Below are positions 27,227-34,196 of a DNA stretch of 34,196 nucleotides, in pieces. Source of the DNA: Desulfobacteraceae bacterium (GTDB lineage: Bacteria > Desulfobacterota > Desulfobacteria > Desulfobacterales > UBA5616); NCBI GenBank assembly GCA_030620375.1, contig JAUXEW010000002.1:1-34196 (forward strand). The letters are read 5' to 3'. The stretch's first letter is position 1, and every line of letters starts with the position of its first letter. Made by a program: the position numbers and the translations under genes. The notes under the pieces are model-generated. The model saw only the letters and a program-made list of their open reading frames with translations. It searched no databases and was not told the DNA's origin.

Positions 27227-27277
27227 CTGCAACCTCATGCTTGCTGAGTGCATATCGTTTGATATGAGATGGTGGCT

Positions 27278-27395
27278 GAACGAAAGCCGCCCGTCTCCTC
27301 ATTTAGCGCTGAAAAGCGTCACTAAAGTGCCTGCTTCGGGTTTAGATTTTGGCATGCAACGACGCTTTTCAGCGATAAAATTTCGCTTTTCGTTC
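27278..27395. promoter_or_regulatory. ~120-nt nested palindrome in the leader/promoter region of the TPR-mglA operon
   Basis: The outer stem is gaacgaaagc (27278-27287) with gcttttcgttc (27385-27395), with one bulge. The middle stem is a perfect 14 bp, cgctgaaaagcgtc (27307-27320) with gacgcttttcagcg (27361-27374), extendable to 18 pairs over 19 positions. Each arm is itself a CGCT-GAAA-AGCG mini-hairpin. Confidence 0.5.
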
Positions 27396-27508
27396 GGACA
27401 CCAAAAAGATTATCAATGCGTTATAAAATTTATCATTTAAATCTAACTTGATTTAATACAATTTGTCAATATTTGAAGTCCTGATTTTTCTTCTGACCAT
27501 CTAAATCG

Positions 27509-27530
27509 AACTTTTTACGAGACTGTCAAC
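27509..27530 (-). repeat. Solo copy of the TTGAC-N-GTCTCGTAAAAAGT repeat arm (minus orientation)
   Basis: The reverse complement reads gttgacagtctcgtaaaaagtt, matching 7295-7315 and the right arm of 21422-21546. Confidence 0.6.
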
Positions 27531-27583
27531 ATTCTAATCGAGAGATGATCCAAATATTTAAATCCTATCATGAAATAAATATA

Positions 27584-27612
27584 TTGACAATCCTAAGCGC
27601 TCTCGTTATCCA
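27584..27612 (+). promoter_or_regulatory. Candidate sigma-70 promoter for mdh
   Basis: TTGACA (27584-27589), a 17-nt spacer, then TATCCA (27607-27612), about 90 nt upstream of the mdh start. This is a pattern match only. Confidence 0.3.
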
Positions 27613-27669
27613 AAAAGTTTGATAAAAGCCTAACCCGGATAAAACGGAGAGTCGGCAAACTCAGATTAA

Positions 27670-28638
<969 letters not shown>

Positions 28639-28644
28639 AAGCTG

Positions 28645-28677
28645 TTTCAAAACCGCTTTCCCTGCTGGTTTGGAAAA
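28645..28677. terminator. A/U-rich hairpin between convergent mdh and uvrC
   Basis: tttcaaaacc (28645-28654) pairs with ggtttggaaa (28667-28676) at 9 of 10 positions. It sits in the 45-nt convergent gap. Confidence 0.35.
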
Positions 28678-28683
28678 TAAGTT

Positions 28684-30522
28684 TTACTCCTGCGCATCTT
28701 TAAAAGTTCTTAATACGGATTCGGCCACCTTGGTATTCATTCCGGGCAACTCGCTTAGCTCTTTCAACGATGCTGCCCGGATTTTTTGGATACCCCCAAA
28801 ATGTTTTAAAAGCGTTTCTTTCCGTTTGCCGGCAATTCCGGGAATCGTATCTAAAAAGGAACGCATCGATGCGATAGTTCTTTTCCGTCGGTGAAATGAA
28901 ATGGCAAATCGGTGTGATTCGTCCCTTATCCGCTGCAGAAACAGAAGAAGGTCCTGGTCCTTTCCAAAGTTAATCGGATTGGACCGGCCCGGTTGATATA
29001 TTTTGTCTCGGGTCTCCCCTCTTCTCTCATCTTTTTTAGCAATGGCGATAATGTCGAACGCAGCGTTCAGATTTAAGTCTTTGATCACGGAAGCGGAGAT
29101 GTTCAATTGGCCCTTGCCGCCATCAACCATAAGAAGATCTGGAAACGGTGCTGAACCTTCTCCTTTTTCAAACCGTCGATTTAGAACCTCCGACATGCAA
29201 GCATAGTCATCCGGTTCGGTAACGCTTTTAATATTAAATTTTCGATAAGACGATTTTTCAGGCTTAGCGTTTTCAAAAGTAACCATGCCGGCAACGGGTA
29301 TTTTTCCTGAAAGATTAGAGTTATCAAAACACTCGATACGTCGTGGAAATTTTTTGAGATTTAATCGTTTCTGAAGCCTCTTGAGCAGATCCTGTTCGGT
29401 CATGTTTGATGCAATCCAATCATCAAGTGATGTTTTTGCATTTTGAATTGCCATCTTAACCAGACGATTTTTTTCACCCCGCTGCGGACAACGGATACTC
29501 ACTTTTTGTTCCTTGATGTTGCGGAGAAAATCTTCCAGCATAGATGTGGATTCTAACGGAACAGAAACCAGGATTTCCTGCGGGATAAAATGAAGTTTTT
29601 CATAATACTGTTTGATAAAGGATTCCATTAGTTCTGCTTTTGTTGCCATGGTCTCATTGAAATTAAAATTACGCGAACCCCTTAAATATCCGTTTCGAAC
29701 CGTCAGCATCATAATTGTCGAATAGGGGGATGTGGCGGCAACGGCAAACACATCCCTGTCTTTAAGGTCGGACACCACTACCACTTGTTTTTCCAGAGTT
29801 TTTTCCAATGCAAAGACCCTGTCCCGAAGTTCGGCCGCTTTCTCATAATCTCTGATTTCGGCGACCGCCACCATTTCCGATTTCATTTTTCGGATTAGAT
29901 CCGGTGTTTTCCCTTTTAGGAACAGGACAACTTCATTCACAATTTCATGGTAATCGGATGGATTGACTCTAAGACAGCACGGCGAAAGGCATGTGTTCAT
30001 TTGGTAATTTAAACACGGGCGATCTCGTCTCTGGGGTTCCCTTGTTTTACATTTCCTTAGCTTAAAGGTTTTGTTTATAACCTTAAGGGTCTCTCGTACG
30101 GCGTGCGCGGAGGAATACGGACCGAAATACAGGCAGTCATCTTTTTTAATTTTACGAACAATCGTAAGATTCGGATACGGGCTATTTACATCCAAGCGAA
30201 GCGATGGATATCGTTTATCATCCTTTAAAATAACATTGTACCGCGGTCTATACCTTTTAATGAGGTTGGATTCAAGAATAAAGGCCTCTTTTTCCGTGCC
30301 GGTAATGATGGTGTCAAAGGCCGTGATCTTCTTTATCAATGCACCGGTTTTAGCGTCTTTACGGTCATTGCGGGAAAAATAAGACGACAACCGCTTTCTC
30401 AAGTTTCCGGCTTTTCCCACATAAATCACCCTGCCGTCTGTATCTTTCATGATATAGACGCCGGGGCCTGTTGAAACCCGGGATAATTTGTTGATAACGT
30501 TTTCCTTCATTTTATATTTCAA
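28684..30522 (-). CDS. uvrC: Excinuclease ABC subunit C
   Basis: The N-terminal GIY-YIG region reads [30 protein letters not shown] UvrBC-interaction region follows, and the C-terminal (HhH)2 reads [20 protein letters not shown]. Length is 612 aa. Confidence 0.95.
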   Translation of the reverse strand: MKYKMKENVINKLSRVSTGPGVYIMKDTDGRVIYVGKAGNLRKRLSSYFSRNDRKDAKTGALIKKITAFDTIITGTEKEAFILESNLIKRYRPRYNVILKDDKRYPSLRLDVNSPYPNLTIVRKIKKDDCLYFGPYSSAHAVRETLKVINKTFKLRKCKTREPQRRDRPCLNYQMNTCLSPCCLRVNPSDYHEIVNEVVLFLKGKTPDLIRKMKSEMVAVAEIRDYEKAAELRDRVFALEKTLEKQVVVVSDLKDRDVFAVAATSPYSTIMMLTVRNGYLRGSRNFNFNETMATKAELMESFIKQYYEKLHFIPQEILVSVPLESTSMLEDFLRNIKEQKVSIRCPQRGEKNRLVKMAIQNAKTSLDDWIASNMTEQDLLKRLQKRLNLKKFPRRIECFDNSNLSGKIPVAGMVTFENAKPEKSSYRKFNIKSVTEPDDYACMSEVLNRRFEKGEGSAPFPDLLMVDGGKGQLNISASVIKDLNLNAAFDIIAIAKKDERRGETRDKIYQPGRSNPINFGKDQDLLLFLQRIRDESHRFAISFHRRKRTIASMRSFLDTIPGIAGKRKETLLKHFGGIQKIRAASLKELSELPGMNTKVAESVLRTFKDAQE

Positions 30523-32509
30523 ATACCAATCGTTTTTTCAGATCATTAATCCGGTCTCTTAGCCCGGCTGCCTTTTCAAATTCAAGTGCTTTTGCGGCCT
30601 CTTTCATTTCCTTTTCCATTTGCAGGATCATATCCTCAAAAGCATCAAGGCTTTCGAACTCCAGAATGTCTTCCTGAACTTTTTCAACAGTGATGTAATC
30701 AGACTCATAAACCGACTCAAATATACTGGAAATTTCTTTTTTTATGGTGGTCGGTGTTATCCCGTGCCGCTTATTGTGTAATTTTTGAATTTTTCTGCGA
30801 CGGTAAGTTTCATCGATTGCATGCCGCATTGATTTAGTTACAGCATCTCCATACATGATAATCATCCCCCTCACATTTCTAGCGGCACGACCACAGGTTT
30901 GGATGAGTGATCTTTCGGAACGTAAAAACCCTTCTTTGTCTGCATCAAGAATGGCCACCAAGGAAACCTCAGGAATATCCAGGCCCTCGCGCAACAGGTT
31001 GATACCGATCAGTACGTCGAATTTCCCCATTCGCAGGTCCCTTATAATATCCATTCTTTCCAATGTTTTGATGTCTGAATGAAGATAACGAACCCTGATT
31101 CCCAGATCGGCATAATATTCCGTCAGGTCTTCCGCCATACGTTTCGTTAAAGTGGTAACCAAGACGCGTTCATCTCTATTTTTGCGAGTGAGAATTTCTT
31201 CAAACAAATCATCTACCTGGTAGGTTGCATCTCGAACTTCAATAGCGGGGTCGATCAGGCCGGTGGGTCTTACGATTTGTTCAACAATAGCGTTTTTGCT
31301 TTTTGTCAGTTCGAATTCGGCAGGTGTTGCAGAAACATAAATTACCTGATTGATCTTAGATTCATATTCGTCAAATCTTAAAGGTCGGTTATCCAGTGCC
31401 GATGGCAGCCTGAATCCATACTCAACGAGTGTTTTCTTGCGGGACCTGTCACCTTTATACATGCCGCGAATTTGAGGAATCGAAATATGGCTTTCGTCGA
31501 TAAAAATCAGATAGTCGTTTGGAAAATAATCCAGCAAGGTTGGCGGCGGTTGGCCGTACGCTCTTTCGGTCAAGTGGCGTGAATAGTTTTCAATTCCGTT
31601 ACAATAGCCCAACTCCATCATCATTTCCAGATCAAATTGTGTCCGTTCTTCTATGCGTTGCGCTTCGATCAACTTGTTTTCATTTCGAAAATATTCCATC
31701 CGTTCTTTCAGTTCTTCTATGATCGCTTTCCGGGCTCGCTCAATGTTTTGTTGATGCGTAACAAAATGGCTGGCGGGGAAGATGGCAATGGATTTTAATT
31801 TCCTTTTAACGACTCCTTTTAACGGGTTAATCTCGGCAATTTTTTCAATTTCATCCCCGAAAAAATCGATTCGGACAGCCTTGTCTTCTTCATAGGCAGG
31901 AAATATCTCGACCCGATCACCTCTAACCCTGAATGTGCCACGATGAAAATCGACGTCATTCCGTTCATATTGAATCAACACCAAATCGGATAGGAGTTTG
32001 TCCCGGGGCAATTCCATATGCTGGGTTACATCAATTCGCATGGACAAGTAGTCTTCGGGTGCGCCAAGACCAAAAATGCAGGACACGCTTGCCACGACTA
32101 TAGTATCCCTTCTGGACAATACGGAACGTGTTGCAGAGTGCCTTAGCTTATCAATCATTTCATTGATGGAGGAATCCTTTTGTATATAGGTATCACTGGA
32201 AGGGATGTAGGCCTCGGGTTGATAGTAGTCATAATAGCTGACAAAATATTCGACTGCATTGTCAGGAAAAAGAAGCTTAAATTCATTGTAAAGTTGTGCG
32301 GCAAGCGTTTTGTTTGGGGCAACAACGAGTGTCGGTTTATTCACCCTTGCAATGAGATGCGCCATGGTAAATGTTTTACCGGAACCGGTAACGCCTAACA
32401 GGACTTGATCTTTTTTACCGTTTTTAATGCCGTTGTGTAGTGTGTCTATGGCGACCGGCTGATCGCCCATTGGTTTAAAATTTGAAACTAATTTAAAAGC
32501 GGTCATCAC
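30512..32509 (-). CDS. uvrB: Excinuclease ABC subunit B
   Basis: [17 protein letters not shown]...[14 protein letters not shown] (Walker A), a DESH box ([12 protein letters not shown]), QTCGRAARN, and the C-terminal UVR motif [19 protein letters not shown]. Confidence 0.97.
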   Translation of the reverse strand: MMTAFKLVSNFKPMGDQPVAIDTLHNGIKNGKKDQVLLGVTGSGKTFTMAHLIARVNKPTLVVAPNKTLAAQLYNEFKLLFPDNAVEYFVSYYDYYQPEAYIPSSDTYIQKDSSINEMIDKLRHSATRSVLSRRDTIVVASVSCIFGLGAPEDYLSMRIDVTQHMELPRDKLLSDLVLIQYERNDVDFHRGTFRVRGDRVEIFPAYEEDKAVRIDFFGDEIEKIAEINPLKGVVKRKLKSIAIFPASHFVTHQQNIERARKAIIEELKERMEYFRNENKLIEAQRIEERTQFDLEMMMELGYCNGIENYSRHLTERAYGQPPPTLLDYFPNDYLIFIDESHISIPQIRGMYKGDRSRKKTLVEYGFRLPSALDNRPLRFDEYESKINQVIYVSATPAEFELTKSKNAIVEQIVRPTGLIDPAIEVRDATYQVDDLFEEILTRKNRDERVLVTTLTKRMAEDLTEYYADLGIRVRYLHSDIKTLERMDIIRDLRMGKFDVLIGINLLREGLDIPEVSLVAILDADKEGFLRSERSLIQTCGRAARNVRGMIIMYGDAVTKSMRHAIDETYRRRKIQKLHNKRHGITPTTIKKEISSIFESVYESDYITVEKVQEDILEFESLDAFEDMILQMEKEMKEAAKALEFEKAAGLRDRINDLKKRLVFEI

Positions 32510-33948
32510 TCTTTTGTTTTCCAGATCGTTCCTTCCGATCGATCCTCTAATACGATGTTCATGTCGGCAAGTTGCTGTCGAATCCTGTCGGCCTTATCCC
32601 ATTGTTTGGTATTTCTGGCCTGGGCTCTCTCATTGATCAGTTTTTCAATCTCATCGGCATCCAAGGATTTTTTGTCCAGAACCATTGATTTCTTATTGTC
32701 GAAATACTGCCGGGGAGATTGAGACAAGATTCCCAGTATTTCTCCCATTCTCAAAATGCCCGACCAACCTGAGCGGACAAGCATTTCTGCCTGCGGTGTC
32801 CATTCATCTTTATGATCATCCATAATTCGATTGATGGCGCGTGCCGCATCGAACAGAATACCGATTCCCCGGGCAGTATTAAAATCGTCATTCATGGCCT
32901 CACAAAACCGGGACCAGTAGTTATCCGGGTGTGCTTCATTTGACAAATGCGGATTGCCAATCTTGTCCTCAATACGTTCAACCAGGGTGTAAAGCCTGTC
33001 AAGCCCCGCCCCGGCGTCTTCCATCACTTGTTTGCTAAAGTCGATAGGGCTTCGGTAATGGTTAGACAGCAAAAACAGACGAATAGCCTCTGGGTGAAAA
33101 GATTTGATAACGTCCTTGATCATTAAGAAGTTGCCCAGAGATTTGGACATTTTTTCCTTGTTTATATTGACAAATCCGTTATGGACCCAAAATCTGGAAA
33201 ACGGCATGCCAAAAGCACTTTCAGATTGGGCGATTTCGTTTTCATGATGAGGGAAGATCAAATCTTTTCCACCACCATGGATATCAAATGTGTTGCCTAA
33301 AAAATGGTTGCTCATGGCCGAACATTCAATATGCCATCCCGGTCGCCCCTTTCCCCAAGGGCTTTCCCAATAAGGTTCTCCCGGTTTCATTGATTTCCAT
33401 AATGCAAAATCCAACGGGTTTTGTTTTCGAGCGTCCACATCAACCCGGGCGCCGGCCACCATATCTTCGAGTTTCCGTCCGGAGAGTTTTCCATAAGTCT
33501 TAAATCGTTCAATCGTAAAAAAAACATCGCCATCCACTTGATACGCCAGCCCCTTCTTCATTAACGCTTCAATCACCCTGATGATATCATCAATATGTTC
33601 GGTGGCCTTTGGTTCAACAGTTGCTCTTTCGACATTCAATGCATCCATATCTGAATGAAATTCCTGAATATATTTTTCGGATAGGGTTTTGGTGTCGATG
33701 CCCATTTCGTTGGCGCGATTGATGATTTTATCGTCGATATCCGTAAAATTTCTTACATAAATGACTTCATATCCCTTGGATTTGAAGTAACGAAAAATCA
33801 CATCAAAAATGACTACCGATCGTGCATGTCCGATATGACAGGAATCATATACGGTTGGACCACAGACATACATCTTAACTTTACCGGGTTCAAGGGGCTC
33901 AAAGATCTCTTTTTTTTTGGTCAACGTATTGTATATTCGAATCGTCAT
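32506..33948 (-). CDS. cysS: Cysteine--tRNA ligase
   Basis: [19 protein letters not shown] is the HIGH motif and KMSKSLGN is the KMSKS motif. HIECSAM and [17 protein letters not shown] are also present. The stop overlaps the uvrB start (ATGA). Confidence 0.95.
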   Translation of the reverse strand: MTIRIYNTLTKKKEIFEPLEPGKVKMYVCGPTVYDSCHIGHARSVVIFDVIFRYFKSKGYEVIYVRNFTDIDDKIINRANEMGIDTKTLSEKYIQEFHSDMDALNVERATVEPKATEHIDDIIRVIEALMKKGLAYQVDGDVFFTIERFKTYGKLSGRKLEDMVAGARVDVDARKQNPLDFALWKSMKPGEPYWESPWGKGRPGWHIECSAMSNHFLGNTFDIHGGGKDLIFPHHENEIAQSESAFGMPFSRFWVHNGFVNINKEKMSKSLGNFLMIKDVIKSFHPEAIRLFLLSNHYRSPIDFSKQVMEDAGAGLDRLYTLVERIEDKIGNPHLSNEAHPDNYWSRFCEAMNDDFNTARGIGILFDAARAINRIMDDHKDEWTPQAEMLVRSGWSGILRMGEILGILSQSPRQYFDNKKSMVLDKKSLDADEIEKLINERAQARNTKQWDKADRIRQQLADMNIVLEDRSEGTIWKTKE

Positions 33949-33998
33949 CTGTAGTTTTATCCTCTATTTTTTTCACTTATGCAAAAAGAATAAGGTCC

Positions 33999-34013
33999 CG
34001 TCACGGCGTGACG
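33999..34013 (-). terminator. Short hairpin plus U-rich tract in the ispF-cysS spacer
   Basis: On the minus strand, CGTCAC-gcc-GTGACG is followed by ggaccTTATTCTTTTT, ending about 35 nt upstream of the cysS ATG. The stem is only 6 bp. Confidence 0.3.
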
Positions 34014-34130
34014 CTGCCGATGATACCCCATCTCCTGCGTTGCCAAGGGTTCGCAGTAGCTTACCACGGCTTCACCCTTGGACGCCTTGGATCTTACGCA
34101 GCCTCGACTTTCGCTCAATTGAAGTGCTAA

Positions 34131-34196
34131 TCAATTTTTCCTGTCAATTAATGCAATGCAACCGGCAACGATCCCATGGCCTTTTCCGACCAGCCC
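34131..34196 (-). CDS. ispF: 3' end of a probable 2-C-methyl-D-erythritol 2,4-cyclodiphosphate synthase (IspF or IspDF), truncated by the window edge
   Basis: The minus-strand translation GLVGKGHGIVAGCIALIDRKN* resembles the IspF C-terminus (..GLGFxGRGEGIAxxAVxLL..). ispF-cysS linkage is common. Only 21 aa are visible. Confidence 0.4.
   Translation of the reverse strand, partial: GLVGKGHGIVAGCIALIDRKN

Noticed and set aside
27207-27440. 77-aa plus-strand ORF spanning the nested palindrome
   Set aside because: It overlaps the 5' end of the TPR-like gene and reads straight through the inverted repeats. The RNA/DNA structure explains the sequence better than coding does.

Overview
Densely coding 34.2-kb chromosomal segment with about 27 CDS. 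I found no rRNA, tRNA, CRISPR array, transposase or integrase. The gene content is a sigma-54 enhancer-binding response regulator, a tungsten-type aldehyde:ferredoxin oxidoreductase, a 1461-aa BcrAD/BadFG activase fusion, an MglA-type GTPase, GxxExxY gene debris and short structured intergenic repeats. This points to an anaerobic Desulfobacterota (Desulfobacterales-like) genome, which is inference and not a computed result. Left to right: a DUF218 gene fragment and a small gene-remnant patch. Then a plus-strand block with REC, CBS, an SLC13/DASS-type transporter, a Cam-type gamma carbonic anhydrase, a histidine kinase, a sigma-54 response regulator and a CBS-ACT protein. Then nnr, the giant activase fusion, a HAD phosphatase, and AOR overlapping a class II aldolase-like gene. 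On the minus strand: a DUF1329-like secreted protein and an SP-lyase-family radical SAM gene. Then a small plus-strand lipoprotein, and purC overlapping a ParB-N-domain gene. Next is the four-gene minus-strand operon TPR-like / MglA-like GTPase / PATAN(DUF4388)-cNMP / PilZ, followed by mdh and an overlapping cysS-uvrB-uvrC operon with a probable ispF 3' end upstream. The best candidate for an undescribed system is the MglB-less MglA operon coupled to cNMP and c-di-GMP receptor domains, preceded by a ~120-nt nested palindrome. Secondary items are a ~125-nt MITE-like structured repeat with solo arms elsewhere, a 145-nt nested inverted repeat abutting a stop codon, the transporter/Cam/two-component cluster, and the AOR-aldolase coupling. 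All family calls come from reading motifs by eye, with no searches run.
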